A DNA stretch of 64,000 nucleotides from Candidatus Saccharimonadia bacterium (GCA_036488585.1 DASXHH010000008.1:3069-67068), one strand, 5' to 3'; shown: positions 44,711-55,619, counted from the stretch's first letter. Notes: generated from the sequence alone by a model not told the origin. Program-made: numbers and translations.

Positions 44711-46371
44711 AATATCAGGTCACTAATTTGCACTTGCAAGCTTGCACTACCAAGGTATTCATTTTTGCTCAAGCCACCCCGAACGGTCAATAACTGTCCG
44801 GCTCTTAGGTCTAAGAATTGCTCTGATAAGCCAAAACCAATCCCGGCTAAATGCCCACCTTTATTGTCGCTAAATTTTATTCGCAGGTGTTTACCGTCCA
44901 CACCGATACGTGAACACTCACTCACTGACAAGCCACCAAGCTCCAGTATTGGCCGTGGATTACTGTTCCCAAACGGCTCCAGTAGATCCAGTTCCTCAAG
45001 CAGCGGCCAGCCCACGCCATCCAAGCCTTCGAGCTGTATGTCCGCCGCCATTTCCGGCACCTCGTAATCCCCTGCCCGGCTGTCCTCGAAATACCGACAC
45101 ATTCCCGCCCGAAAATCATCTAATCGCTCAGTCGGCAATGTAAACCCGGCCGCGTAAAAGTGTCCACCAAACTTAGTCAAAAGCTCCGCGTTAGCCCGTA
45201 ATGCCTCTACCATATTGAACCCACCAACACTCCGAGCAGAACCCTTGGCCTGCTCGCCCAACACCTGGCCCACCAACACCGGCTTGTGCCATTTCTCCAC
45301 CAACTTGCTAGCCACAATCCCCACCACGCCATGCGACCAGTCAGGATCCGCTAACACCAACACTGGCTGGTCGGCATATTGCTCCGCCAGCGTATGCGCC
45401 GCCTTAAAAATCGCATCCTGCTCCGACCGGCGCCGGCGGTTCATAGCGTCGAGTTCCTGGGCAATCTCGAGCGCCCGCCCACCATCAGCCGTCTGCATTA
45501 GCTCCAGGCTGCGAGCGGCGTGCTCCAGCCGGCCAGCCGCGTTCATACGTGGGCCCAGCACGAACCCCAGATGATGCGCTGTAATTTTAGTGATATCCGC
45601 ACCACCCACCGCCGCCAACGACCTCAGCCCCAGGCGCCGCGTCTTGCGCATCACCTTTAGCCCAAATGCCGCCAACGCCCGGTTCTCACCCACCAGTGGC
45701 ACTACATCGCACACTGTACCCAGCGCCACTAAATCCAGTAGCCACTTCTCCTGGCCGAGTTCCGGCCTACCCAGCCGACGCTGCAAAGCCTGCACCAGCT
45801 TAAAGGCCACCCCCACACCCGCCAATTCCTTAAACGGGTAGTGGTCTCCCGGTCGCTTGGGGTTCACGACTGCCACCGCCCCTGGGATCACCTCTGGCAC
45901 TGAATGGTGATCGGTAATCACCAGATCCAAGCCGTGTTCGCGCGCCCACTTGGCCTCATTCACGCTGGTTATGCCACAATCCACGCTTACTACCAGCTGC
46001 ACGCCCTCGCCCTTCAGCTTCTCCAGCGCCTGCTGATTTATGCCATAACCCTCCTCAAATCGATCCGGAATATAACTACGCGCTGGCAGTCCGATAGCCG
46101 CGAACGCCTCCAGCACCACCGCGCTCGCCGTAATGCCATCAATGTCGTAATCACCGTACACTACCGTAGACTCGCCCCGCTGGGCTGCCAGCACAATTCG
46201 CTCCACAGCCGCCGCCATGTCGGTCATCAACATCGGATCATGGGTATCTCGCTCGTAATCCGGATACAAAAAAGTCGCCATGTCTTCCGGCGCCATCCCT
46301 CGGCCTGCCAGAATTTTGGCGACAATCTCCGGCACTACCCGCGTCTTCGTTGTTCCAACCTCAGGCGTCAT
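44707..46371 (-). CDS. recJ: Single-stranded-DNA-specific exonuclease RecJ
   Basis: DHH motifs (VVYGDYDIDGITASAV; VITDHH) and DHHA1 domain. 4-nt overlap with the upstream rsh gene. Confidence 0.85.
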   Translation of the reverse strand: MTPEVGTTKTRVVPEIVAKILAGRGMAPEDMATFLYPDYERDTHDPMLMTDMAAAVERIVLAAQRGESTVVYGDYDIDGITASAVVLEAFAAIGLPARSYIPDRFEEGYGINQQALEKLKGEGVQLVVSVDCGITSVNEAKWAREHGLDLVITDHHSVPEVIPGAVAVVNPKRPGDHYPFKELAGVGVAFKLVQALQRRLGRPELGQEKWLLDLVALGTVCDVVPLVGENRALAAFGLKVMRKTRRLGLRSLAAVGGADITKITAHHLGFVLGPRMNAAGRLEHAARSLELMQTADGGRALEIAQELDAMNRRRRSEQDAIFKAAHTLAEQYADQPVLVLADPDWSHGVVGIVASKLVEKWHKPVLVGQVLGEQAKGSARSVGGFNMVEALRANAELLTKFGGHFYAAGFTLPTERLDDFRAGMCRYFEDSRAGDYEVPEMAADIQLEGLDGVGWPLLEELDLLEPFGNSNPRPILELGGLSVSECSRIGVDGKHLRIKFSDNKGGHLAGIGFGLSEQFLDLRAGQLLTVRGGLSKNEYLGSASLQVQISDLIL

Positions 46372-46599
46372 ACCTGATACTATAGCACCAAGCCCATCAG
46401 TCTACCGTCCGCAGGCGGTCAGCGCTTTCAACCCGTCCAACAATCCAGACCTAAAATTTACGGCTCAAAAAATAGAAGTTCGGATCACTGCGTGGCACAA
46501 AGCCAATCGGCAGCTCCGGCACCCGGCTCAATGCGCGCGGGCGGTAAATCGGCCGGCGCTGGCGAGCCAAAATCGTATCTAAGGTTTCCATAATCCGTC

Positions 46600-46914
46600 T
46601 CACAGGTTTTTGTTTCCCCTCCGCGCCTGGCTCTTCAACACCAAACCTTGCAGCTCGCGGTACAACGCAAATTTTGGATTCGCGGCATACACCTTAGAGT
46701 TGCCTTCGATCTTCACAGTCACAAAACCGACATCCGCGAGCCGTTTTAGCTCTCTCTGCACATTGCCTGGGTCCTCTTTGATCATTTTAGCGAGGCCCCG
46801 GACGTGCATCCGGAAGTCGGGATATTTGGTATATATGACTATGATTTTGCGCCGGGTTTTCGACGTTATGAAAAGCTCAAGCATTGGTTTTTGTTTAACA
46901 CTATTCTTTAACAA
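46600..46914 (-). CDS. Small winged-helix-like putative transcriptional regulator
   Basis: 104-aa basic protein …MHVRGLAKMIKEDPGNVQRELKRLADVGFVTVKIEGNSKVY… reads as HTH followed by a wing. Confidence 0.4.
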   Translation of the reverse strand: MLKNSVKQKPMLELFITSKTRRKIIVIYTKYPDFRMHVRGLAKMIKEDPGNVQRELKRLADVGFVTVKIEGNSKVYAANPKFALYRELQGLVLKSQARRGNKNL

Positions 46915-47040
46915 CGACCCGCGGGGCTGTTGTTAATTTGACTCTACCCCGACCGCAAGCGGAATGCAAGTCTTTTTTACAACAGGACTCATATTTGACA
47001 ACGGGACATTCCGCTCCCGCCCAGTCAGATCATGCAATTA

Positions 47041-47958
47041 TTAGGCTTTTTTGGGCGCCAGACGCGCCTTTTCCATGCGCTTCAACTTGTAGTTGTGCCA
47101 AGTTACAAGCAGCGGCGAGGCGTTGAAGATTGACGAGTAGGTTCCCGACGCAATACCAATCAATAGGGCCAGCACAAACAACTTGATGCTTTGGCCACCA
47201 AACAGCAGCAGCGCCAGCAAGGTCAGCAGCACTGTCAGCGAGGTGTTAATCGACCGCGCGATGGTCTCAAGAATAGAATTGTTCACGATCTGCTCAAAAC
47301 TGCCCTTGTCCCTGCGCAAGTTCTCACGGATCCGGTCGAAAACCACAATCGTATCATGGACCGAGAAGCCGATGACGGTCAAAATAGCAGTCACGAATAA
47401 CGCATCAATCTCGACTCCCAGAAAATGCCCAAGTAGCGAGAACACACCTAGCACAAAGAACGCGTCGTGTAGCAAAGCCGCGATGGCCATAAAACCAAAG
47501 CTCCAGGGCGACACCGGTGGCGGAGCGTTACGGAACGCAAACGCTACATACAACACGATGGCGAGCGACACCAAAAACAGGCTGGCGACAGCGTTACGGG
47601 CGATCGAGCTCGACACTGTCGGACCAACCGAATCAAATGACAGCTCCTCGATATGCTGACTGCCGAGCGCCGCCTTTAGCTTCTGATGATCGGCCTCATG
47701 CTGACCTTGTGGCGCAGGGTCGCGGTACCTGATTTCAGTGTCGCCACCGCTTGGGACCACCTGAATGTCCTGCAGCCCCAAACCGGTAGCCGCCTTCTGC
47801 ACCTGGCCTATGGTCACGGCGCCTCGGGCAGTCAAAAGCTGCCCTGAACTAAAGTCGATTCCCAGCCGCAATCCATACAGAATGAGCGAAATAACCCCCG
47901 GCACGATCATAACTAGCGAAATTGTGTACCAGATTTTGCGCTTACCAATCAAGTTCAT
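47041..47958 (-). CDS. secF: Protein translocase subunit SecF
   Basis: 6-TM SecF topology and conserved SecDF C-domain. 4-nt overlap with secD. Confidence 0.85.
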   Translation of the reverse strand: MNLIGKRKIWYTISLVMIVPGVISLILYGLRLGIDFSSGQLLTARGAVTIGQVQKAATGLGLQDIQVVPSGGDTEIRYRDPAPQGQHEADHQKLKAALGSQHIEELSFDSVGPTVSSSIARNAVASLFLVSLAIVLYVAFAFRNAPPPVSPWSFGFMAIAALLHDAFFVLGVFSLLGHFLGVEIDALFVTAILTVIGFSVHDTIVVFDRIRENLRRDKGSFEQIVNNSILETIARSINTSLTVLLTLLALLLFGGQSIKLFVLALLIGIASGTYSSIFNASPLLVTWHNYKLKRMEKARLAPKKA

Positions 47959-49289
47959 GAGTTAACCTCCTCCGGCACTCGCACCCCATACCACTTAGGG
48001 TTGCGCCCCCACCGCTGCCGGATCGTCACGCGCAGCAATGTACGTGTAATCACCACCGCGGTGAACATACTGATAAGCACTCCTATGCCCAGCGTTACCG
48101 CAAAGCCACGAATAATCGGCGTGGCACTCGAGGTCACATACAAGATTATGCAGGTGATCAGCGTAGACACGTTCGAATCCCGAATACTAGTCCAAGCCCG
48201 GTCAAACGCCGTCTCCACTGCCGCCACAAAGCTCTTACCGGCTCGCAGCTCTTCTTTCATCCGCTCAAAAATTAGGATGTTGGCGTCCACTGCCATACCA
48301 ATACTCAAGATAAAGCCCGCAATTCCGGCCAGCGTCAGCACAATCGTGTAACCCGGTACAAACACACTTAGTTTATACAGCGTCAGTGTTATCGCCGTGT
48401 AGATAAACAGAGCTAGCACGGCCAGCAAGCCCGCTAAACGGTAGTAGAACAGCATGAACAGCGCCACTACACTCAGACCAATAATGCCAGCCACCAACGA
48501 ATGCTGCACGCTCTCCTTACCTAACGTCGGCCCCACTGTCCGTTGTTCCACCAACGTCACCGGCACCGGCAATGCCCCAGCCGTGATCTCGTCAGCGATC
48601 TTCTTGGCTGTATTCACATCCATATTGCCGGACAATATCGCGTTACCATCCGTGATCGACTCCGTCCGGGCCGGCCCAAACGTCGGCTGGCCATCCAATA
48701 GTGCTAAAAGCAAGTTGCCGCTTTGGCTCAGCTTGGTAGTCAAATCCCCAAACTTCTTAGTTGAATCTCCAGATTTCAATTGCAAATGCACCACCGGCTG
48801 AGCCCGAGTCGGGTCGTAGTCGGCGTAGGCTGAATCAACGTCTTTGCCGTCGATACCGGTCGGAATCTGTTGACCGGTGCTTTGGTCTACTTCCACAAAC
48901 GTCAAATTGGCAGTTTTGCCGATCCGATCAATCGCGTCCTTCACGTCGCGCTCACCCGGCAGGCTTATGCTCACCTTGTCACTACCCAGCTGACGCACTT
49001 CAATTTCGCTAGTGCCGTTCGGGTTAGCCCGCTTTGTCATCACCGCCAATAGTGAGTTAAGCGCCGTCTGGCGCTGCGATGCCGGGGTTTTACTGAAATC
49101 CGCTTGGAACACCAATTGCGCGCCGCCCTGCAAGTCCAAGCCCTGTCGTACACCAAACACATGCGAGTTCTTCTTCTCCAAATGCAACGCTTGAAAAATC
49201 TCGTCCTCACGTGGGTATGCCAGCGTCACCGCCACGACCGCCAACACCAAAATCAGGATAAACTTCAGTCGTAAACTCATATCTGCCAA
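47955..49289 (-). CDS. secD: Protein translocase subunit SecD
   Basis: N-terminal TM, large periplasmic-type P1 domain, C-terminal 5 TM with the …GLDLQGG… and …AGIAGFILSIGMAVDANILIFERMKEE… motifs. Confidence 0.85.
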   Translation of the reverse strand: MADMSLRLKFILILVLAVVAVTLAYPREDEIFQALHLEKKNSHVFGVRQGLDLQGGAQLVFQADFSKTPASQRQTALNSLLAVMTKRANPNGTSEIEVRQLGSDKVSISLPGERDVKDAIDRIGKTANLTFVEVDQSTGQQIPTGIDGKDVDSAYADYDPTRAQPVVHLQLKSGDSTKKFGDLTTKLSQSGNLLLALLDGQPTFGPARTESITDGNAILSGNMDVNTAKKIADEITAGALPVPVTLVEQRTVGPTLGKESVQHSLVAGIIGLSVVALFMLFYYRLAGLLAVLALFIYTAITLTLYKLSVFVPGYTIVLTLAGIAGFILSIGMAVDANILIFERMKEELRAGKSFVAAVETAFDRAWTSIRDSNVSTLITCIILYVTSSATPIIRGFAVTLGIGVLISMFTAVVITRTLLRVTIRQRWGRNPKWYGVRVPEEVNS

Positions 49290-49327
49290 GCACTATATCG
49301 GATAGCGCCTCAAGCCGTCAATTCAGG

Positions 49328-49990
49328 TCACACCCAGCGGCTTACGATATTATCAATTCGATCAATTACAGTGTCCGGATCGATCCTATCCTCGTCGGTA
49401 TAATAGTGGCTCACTGTAAAGAAGCTCTCGGGAATGTACAGGTAGTGCAACTCATCAACCATGCCATGAATGCGTTCAATTACATCGGCTGGCCCCACCG
49501 GTATCGCCGCGATCTTCTTCTCCACCTGCACCTTATCCAGATAATTTATAGCGGCATCAAACGACAGCCCATTCTTTACACCATCGGTCGCGATAATCAC
49601 GTTACGCCCAATCAACTGTGCCGGATCCGCCAAACCACCCGCACCCACCACGGTTGTCATTTCGTACATGCGCCGCAACTTTTGCTCTTCCACATAGCTG
49701 CGCATATCCTCCATATATTCCTCCATTTCACCAGCGGAAATCATCGAGTTGTAAGTAAACATGCCGGTCTGGTCCATAGTACCAAGCACGAGGCTATCTT
49801 CACCGGGCGCCGTTATACGAGCCGTCAGCAGCATCGACAATGTGCAATGAAGCCGCCGCGCGATCTGCTCCCCTACTGCTGCGCCACCGGGCGATAAGGC
49901 TAGCACCGCAGTGTTTTCCCACCTGTACTTTATTAGTTCGTCCGCCAACTTATCGCCCGCCTGGGCGCGATCATGGAAATACATAAGCAT
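49328..49990 (-). CDS. Phosphoribosyltransferase-fold protein (type I PRTase-like), function unassigned
   Basis: …RNVIIATDGVKNGLSFDAAINYL… resembles the PRPP-binding loop (hydrophobic4-D-D/G-x-x-T/S-G). The true start may be at the third Met. Confidence 0.45.
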   Translation of the reverse strand: MLMYFHDRAQAGDKLADELIKYRWENTAVLALSPGGAAVGEQIARRLHCTLSMLLTARITAPGEDSLVLGTMDQTGMFTYNSMISAGEMEEYMEDMRSYVEEQKLRRMYEMTTVVGAGGLADPAQLIGRNVIIATDGVKNGLSFDAAINYLDKVQVEKKIAAIPVGPADVIERIHGMVDELHYLYIPESFFTVSHYYTDEDRIDPDTVIDRIDNIVSRWV

Positions 49991-50023
49991 ATTGTAGCAT
50001 CAGACACCCCCTATAATAGGTCC

Positions 50024-51973
50024 ATGGACACGCCCAATTTCTATCTTATAACCCCCCTAGCCTACACCGGCTCCACTACTGCCTTTACGTATCATTTCGA
50101 GACTATGCTCGAGCCAGGCAGCATCGTCGAGGTACCAGTCGGCCGCCGCCAGCTCGTGGGCGTAATCTTGGAGTGCGTCACCAAACCAGACTTCGCCACC
50201 AAACCAATTACTCGAGTGCTCGAACTACCGCCGATCCCAGCCGACCTACGTGACCTCGCCACCTGGATGTCAGGCTACTACGCCGCGAGCCCCGGCATGG
50301 TTTGGAGCACCATGCTACCAGCCGGCCTCACCCGCACTCGCCGCGCCACCGCTACACCGGCCACCAAATCCGCTGCCGGCCTACCGCCGCTCACCCTCAC
50401 GACCGAGCAATCCAACGCCCTCCGCACCATCCGAGGCTCTTCCAAATCGTCGTTTTTGCTCCAGGGCATCACGGGCTCAGGTAAGACCCGGGTTTATCTG
50501 GAACTAACCGCTGAAGCCCTGGCCGCCGGACGCTCAGTTATCGTATTGGTTCCAGAAATTACTCTTACACCCCAAACCGTCGACCAATTCCAGGCCTCCT
50601 TCGGCGACCAAGTGCTAGCGAGCCACTCCAAACTCACCGAGGCCAAACGCCATCAGATCTGGCTGGCCGCCCTCGGCGCCACCGCCGCCGGCCAGCCCCG
50701 CGTGATTATCGGCCCGCGCTCCTGCCTCTTTATGCCACTTCACAATCTTGGTCTCATCGTGATCGACGAATCCCACGAGAGCACTTATAAACAAGAGCAG
50801 CACCCGCGCTACCAGGCGGCCACCGTGGCAGCCAAACGCGCCCGCTACACCGGCGCGCGGATCATTTTGGGGTCCGCCACTCCCGGCCTGCAAGAACTTT
50901 TTCTGGCCCAGGAGGGCCTCATTGAACACATTAAGTTAACACAACGAGCAAACGATATTCCCTTATCCCAAGCCCGGATACTCGACCTGCGTGATAAGCA
51001 ATTATTCCGATTGAGCAAATTTATTACTCAACCGTTAGTTGACGCCATCGCCGCCACCTTGGCCCAAAACCGCCAGTCGTTGTTGTACGTCAACCGCCGC
51101 GGCAGCGCCTCCAGCCAAGTCTGCGGTGACTGTGGCCACGTCATCATTTGTCCGCACTGTCGCCTGCCCCTCACCTTCCACGCCGACCTCATGCGCCTCA
51201 TCTGTCACCATTGCAATTTCCGCCGCCCCAGCCCAGCCGTCTGTCCCGAATGCAACGGCGCCAACCTCAAACTACTCGGCGGCGGCACCAAACGCATCGA
51301 GGCCGAAGCCGAGCGACTGTTCTCTGGCGCCCGTATCGCCCGCCTAGACCGTGATTCCGCCACCCTCAGCCACATTCAAACCGTTTATAAACAGCTCCGC
51401 GCCGGCGAGCTAGACATCGTAGTGGGAACCCAAATGATCGCCAAGGGCCTCGATCTACCCGCCATCGATACCGTCGGCGTCGTCTCGGCCGACACCATGC
51501 TCAACCTCCCCGACTTCACCGCCGCCGAACGCACTTTCCAGCTGCTCAGCCAGGTGTCGGGCCGGGCTGGCCGCGGCGACCGGCCAGGGCAAATCTACAT
51601 CCAAACGTACTCCCCCAGCCACCCAGCCATCGTTTCCGCTGCTACGGGCTCCTACGACGCCTTCGCCACCGCCGAGCTTGCCGAGCGCAAAGCCCTATCC
51701 TACCCTCCTTACGTTTATCTGCTCAAGCTCGATCTCGCTGCACCCTCGCGCGAGCGTGCCCTGGCCGGTGCCACCCAGCTGGCAGTCAGCCTGCGCTCCC
51801 GTCCCGGCCTGGCCGTTATCGGCCCCGCCCCCGCCTTCATCGAACTCCAGAGTGGCAAGTTTCACTGGACCATCACTATCAAATCCAAACAGCGCTCGCC
51901 CCTGGTAGACATCGCCGCCCACCTGCCCAGCTCTGATTGGTCCGCCGATCTCGACCCCGCCAACCTGCTATAA
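50024..51973 (+). CDS. priA: Primosomal protein N' (replication restart helicase PriA)
   Basis: Walker A (GITGSGKT), DExH (VIDESHESTYKQ), Cys4-Cys4 zinc-binding insert (CGDCGHVIICPHCRLPLTFH…CHHCNF…CPECNG). Start moved to ATG 50024, because the ORF-track start 49973 would overlap the divergent upstream gene. Confidence 0.85.
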   Translation: MDTPNFYLITPLAYTGSTTAFTYHFETMLEPGSIVEVPVGRRQLVGVILECVTKPDFATKPITRVLELPPIPADLRDLATWMSGYYAASPGMVWSTMLPAGLTRTRRATATPATKSAAGLPPLTLTTEQSNALRTIRGSSKSSFLLQGITGSGKTRVYLELTAEALAAGRSVIVLVPEITLTPQTVDQFQASFGDQVLASHSKLTEAKRHQIWLAALGATAAGQPRVIIGPRSCLFMPLHNLGLIVIDESHESTYKQEQHPRYQAATVAAKRARYTGARIILGSATPGLQELFLAQEGLIEHIKLTQRANDIPLSQARILDLRDKQLFRLSKFITQPLVDAIAATLAQNRQSLLYVNRRGSASSQVCGDCGHVIICPHCRLPLTFHADLMRLICHHCNFRRPSPAVCPECNGANLKLLGGGTKRIEAEAERLFSGARIARLDRDSATLSHIQTVYKQLRAGELDIVVGTQMIAKGLDLPAIDTVGVVSADTMLNLPDFTAAERTFQLLSQVSGRAGRGDRPGQIYIQTYSPSHPAIVSAATGSYDAFATAELAERKALSYPPYVYLLKLDLAAPSRERALAGATQLAVSLRSRPGLAVIGPAPAFIELQSGKFHWTITIKSKQRSPLVDIAAHLPSSDWSADLDPANLL

Positions 51974-52033
51974 GCAAGCCATGGAGGCACACATTTTAGA
52001 CAGTTTCGGTTCAAACAGATAAAATAGGCAACA

Positions 52034-52588
52034 ATGACCGCAAACGACATCATTACCCTGCCCAACCCCAAGCTTCACGAACGCTCTCAGCGCATCGGCC
52101 ATATTGACGCCGAGGTGCGTAAGCTCGCCGAAGACATGATTGCCGCCACGCTCGATTGGGAAGCCGGCCGCGAACACGAATTCGGCGCCGCACTAGCTGC
52201 CGTGCAAGTGGCCAAACTCTACCGCATCATCGTCGTCCGCAATGATTTCGATAACAAAGAAGACAAATCCTTCAGCATCTTTATTAATCCCGAAATCGCC
52301 AAAGCCGAAGGCGAGCCCACCGAAGAGCTCGAGGGCTGCCTCAGCGTTAAAGATATTTACGGCTCGGTTGCCCGCTACCCCAAGGTAAAGGTAAAGGCTC
52401 TCAATCTCGACGGGCGACCCGTCCGACTCACCGCCACCGGCTTCCTCGCCCGCGTGTTCCAACACGAAATCGACCACACCAACGGCGTCGTCTTCACCGA
52501 CCGCGTTGAAGATCCGCGCAAACTCTACCGCTTACAGGCCAACGGCAAGTTCTTGCCGGTTAACCCTTCGGAGGCACCCACTTCATGA
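52034..52588 (+). CDS. def: Peptide deformylase
   Basis: Motifs GxGxAAxQ (FGAALAAVQV), EGCLS and HEIDH. Confidence 0.85.
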   Translation: MTANDIITLPNPKLHERSQRIGHIDAEVRKLAEDMIAATLDWEAGREHEFGAALAAVQVAKLYRIIVVRNDFDNKEDKSFSIFINPEIAKAEGEPTEELEGCLSVKDIYGSVARYPKVKVKALNLDGRPVRLTATGFLARVFQHEIDHTNGVVFTDRVEDPRKLYRLQANGKFLPVNPSEAPTS

Positions 52589-53499
52589 CCCGCGATCGTA
52601 TAGTATTCTTCGGCACCGACGCCTTTAGTGTACCCTCGCTGGTGCACCTACTCGCCGCCGAATGGAACGTGGTCGCAGTAGTCACCAAACCCGACAGCCA
52701 CACCGGCCGTGGCCAAGAACTCACCAGCCCAGCCGTCAAACGCCTAGCCGAAGCTCGCCATATCCCCGTGTTTCAACCCCGTAAGCTATCCGACATCGAA
52801 GATCAGCTGAGCGACCTCAGCCCCACCGCGGGCATCGTCGTCGCCTACGGTCGCATCATTCCCGCCTCCATCCTGCGCCTCTTCCCAAAAGGTGTTATCA
52901 ATGTACACGCTTCGCTGCTGCCCAAATACCGTGGTGCCTCCCCCATTGAAGCCGCCATTTTAAACGGTGACCCGGCCACCGGCGTCACGCTCATGCAGCT
53001 CGACACTGGCCTCGACACGGGTCCCACCTACGACAATTCCACCCTCCAGCTCGCCGGCACCGAAAACCGGCTTAGCCTCTATGAGCAGCTGGCCGAGCTT
53101 GGCGCCGACCTCCTCGAGACCAAGCTAACCGCCATTCTCGGCGGCACCATCGTCCCGATCCCTCAAGACAGCCCTCAGGCCACCACCACCCGTCTCATCA
53201 CCAAAGACGACGGCCGCATCAATTGGTCCCAGCCCGCCGAAACCCTCGAGCGCCAAATTCGCGCCTACCTCGGTTGGCCGGGCAGTCGCGCCGAGCTCGC
53301 CGGCACCGAAATCACCATTACGCAGGCCCATGTGTTTCCCAAGGATGGACCTGCGGGCACCGCCTACAAAACGCCCGCCAGCGAACTCGCCGTCTACGCC
53401 GCCAAGGGCAGCCTCATCATCGACTACCTCAAGCCCGCCGGCAAACGCGAAATGACCGGCCCCGAATTCTTGGCCGGCCACCCACTTCCCGTTGAATAG
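52585..53499 (+). CDS. fmt: Methionyl-tRNA formyltransferase
   Basis: N-terminal formyltransferase domain (IVFFGTDAFSVPSL…; …INVHASLLPKYRGASPI…) plus C-terminal domain. 4-nt overlap with def. Confidence 0.85.
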   Translation: MTRDRIVFFGTDAFSVPSLVHLLAAEWNVVAVVTKPDSHTGRGQELTSPAVKRLAEARHIPVFQPRKLSDIEDQLSDLSPTAGIVVAYGRIIPASILRLFPKGVINVHASLLPKYRGASPIEAAILNGDPATGVTLMQLDTGLDTGPTYDNSTLQLAGTENRLSLYEQLAELGADLLETKLTAILGGTIVPIPQDSPQATTTRLITKDDGRINWSQPAETLERQIRAYLGWPGSRAELAGTEITITQAHVFPKDGPAGTAYKTPASELAVYAAKGSLIIDYLKPAGKREMTGPEFLAGHPLPVE

Positions 53500-53505
53500 A
53501 CGCTA

Positions 53506-55593
53506 CTAGCGGTTCCAGAACCAGTAAAAGAATCCGCCATGCCGACCTTCTCGACCGCGCATAGCTCTACGCCGTATCGGGTCAATTCCTCTTTGAGCAT
53601 ATGGTCCGTTATCGCCCTCTACCACACCAGTCGTGGTACCAAAACCCGTTCCTGCAGCGATCCCCGCGTAATCCCTAGTCGCTCTCAGAGCCCGCCGGAT
53701 ACCCGTACCTTCCTGTGCCTTCCGGATGGCCTCATCTCTGCCTCGCACTTCTCCAACCTCTTTGCTAACCTCGCGTGGCGGTATCGGGAAATTCCCCAGC
53801 CGGCTCAATCGAATCGGATCATGGGTTGTCATAATCGTCTGGCTAACAAGCTCGCCGTTCCTCCGGTTATAGCGCTCAAACACAATCACATTATCGTTAC
53901 CTGGAATCCGGTAATAAGCCTCCCGCACCCGGCCATGATTCATCTCCACAAATGGCCGGCCGTCCTGTGTTATCCGCCTAGTCACAGGATCACGCACCTC
54001 CTGTATACCAAGTGCCTGTAGACGTGCCGATGCCCTCTCCATTGCCCGCGGGTCGTAAGTACCATCCTCGCTGTAACCTTGCAAAGTTTCGCCCACCCAG
54101 TGCACGCGATCCTGTGCCCGCGTCAAAATGTCCGGCGCCATGTTCATGGCCTCAGCCCTAATCTGCCCGATCTCCGCCGTCCTAGTCTCCTGCCGCGTCA
54201 CTTCGGCCTTCACCGCCGCTTCCTGGGCCTCGCGCAGCTGCTTTTTGATCGTCATATCTGGCTCGGCATCAATCATCCGCTGGTAGCGCTCACGGACCTC
54301 CCGTTGACCCTGTGCCTCACGATCAGCCGCGTACGCTTCTTCCCTCGCTACATCCGGATCAACCTCTCGTCGCTGACCGTTGGACCCAAAATCACTCAGC
54401 TTCGGTTCACTCTGCTCCCATAAATCGTGCGCCAATGTCCGAAGGGCAGGTTCACGACCTTGCCAGCCTAGATGCGCCGCATCCAGCGCTCTCTGAGCTC
54501 GTGACAAATTCATTCCCGACTCTCGCTCTCGCTGGGTCATTATTTGCGTCGCCCGGTCACGGCCATACTGCCGCTCCAGATCAAGTCGCTCGTTCTCACG
54601 CAATGCATCTGCATGAATCTGCGAGTCTACCCCTTCCTGATCACGCAACAACCGCCCGCTCGCATCAACCTGAGCTCGCACCAGCTTCCGCTTACCAGAA
54701 GATGTCTTCTCGTAATGATCACGCTGCATCTTGGGATCAAAATTCTCAACCAGCGTTCCCGCCTTAAATTCCACTCGGTTCTCGCCGAGGCGGGCAGTCT
54801 GCTCACGGCCGCGTTCCTGGTCTTCTTTTTGCTTGTCCGCCGCCTCAATCCTACGCCTGGCGTCCTCAACCATACGTTTCTGATGCTGCTCGTACAGAAC
54901 TTTAGCCTTGGATTGTTGCTCTCTCGCCTGCTTGTCTAGCTCTCCCAGATGTTGACCAGCCTCTTTCGGAAATTCCTTATAGGCATCCTGCTCTGGGCCG
55001 ACTGCGAGGTTGGTGGTGGCAGCCTGGTCAAACGCCAGCTTAATGGCCTCCTCCCGCCGGTTTTTAGGTCGCCAAGCATACTCCGCCGGCGTCCCCGGAG
55101 TCGCTGGCGCAGTGCCCTTCGCCGGCTTGCCCGGTATCGCCGCCTTAGTTACAACTAGCGTAACATCGCCCTGGAGGTAGGCCTGCTCGAACCACGTCTT
55201 CATCGCATCAACCTTGTCGGAGCCAGGTGTCAGTTTAGTGAAATTATCATTTAGTGCATCTTCGGTATCTTGAAGTGTCACAGCAAACTTACGATCCTTG
55301 AGTTCCCTCAAAACCTCTTGGACTCCTGCATCTGGTATAGTCGCTTCTAGCTCCGGCTGGTCAGTGAAGGTGTCATCAACAGTGCGAGCCTCGCCACCAA
55401 CTTTCTTGGGCCGCAGTAATCCGTCTTTCAGAGCTTCCTGGAGCTTATGCTCTAGCTCAGCCGAATCCATCGCTCGGATGTCTGCTGGTAGGTAATCCTT
55501 TAGTATTTCACCTAGCTTTGTTGGATCACGCAACTCGTCGACCGAATACCTCGGCGCACCTTCTATTTCTGTTGCTTCCGGCGATGTTGCCAC
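53506..55593 (-). CDS. Large (695 aa) hyper-charged (E/R/D/K/Q-rich) cytoplasmic hypothetical protein; GTG start
   Basis: No TM or signal. Long coiled-coil-prone charged tracts. C-terminal ~150 aa more globular (…NVIVFERYNRRNGELV…GFFYWFWNR). The start codon reads GTG (plus cac at 55591-55593). Confidence 0.5.
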   Translation of the reverse strand: MATSPEATEIEGAPRYSVDELRDPTKLGEILKDYLPADIRAMDSAELEHKLQEALKDGLLRPKKVGGEARTVDDTFTDQPELEATIPDAGVQEVLRELKDRKFAVTLQDTEDALNDNFTKLTPGSDKVDAMKTWFEQAYLQGDVTLVVTKAAIPGKPAKGTAPATPGTPAEYAWRPKNRREEAIKLAFDQAATTNLAVGPEQDAYKEFPKEAGQHLGELDKQAREQQSKAKVLYEQHQKRMVEDARRRIEAADKQKEDQERGREQTARLGENRVEFKAGTLVENFDPKMQRDHYEKTSSGKRKLVRAQVDASGRLLRDQEGVDSQIHADALRENERLDLERQYGRDRATQIMTQRERESGMNLSRAQRALDAAHLGWQGREPALRTLAHDLWEQSEPKLSDFGSNGQRREVDPDVAREEAYAADREAQGQREVRERYQRMIDAEPDMTIKKQLREAQEAAVKAEVTRQETRTAEIGQIRAEAMNMAPDILTRAQDRVHWVGETLQGYSEDGTYDPRAMERASARLQALGIQEVRDPVTRRITQDGRPFVEMNHGRVREAYYRIPGNDNVIVFERYNRRNGELVSQTIMTTHDPIRLSRLGNFPIPPREVSKEVGEVRGRDEAIRKAQEGTGIRRALRATRDYAGIAAGTGFGTTTGVVEGDNGPYAQRGIDPIRRRAMRGREGRHGGFFYWFWNR

Positions 55594-55619
55594 TACTCAA
55601 TTACCCCTAATTTAAAGCC

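Noticed and set aside
46915-47040. Terminator for secF, built from the long-loop inverted repeat agcggaatg…cattccgct
   Set aside because: The loop would be about 37 nt and there is no U-tract following the stem on the secF strand. Not convincing as an intrinsic terminator.
49973-50023. ORF-track start of priA at 49973, overlapping the divergent PRTase-like gene start
   Set aside because: A divergent 18-nt head-to-head overlap is implausible. The in-frame ATG at 50024 gives a sensible PriA N-terminus and leaves a short shared promoter region, so I moved the start.
54544-55158. ORFs 54544-54939(+), 54627-54869(-), 54949-55158(+) inside 53506-55593
   Set aside because: They are nested in the long charged-protein gene. 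These are alternative-frame artefacts with no start context.
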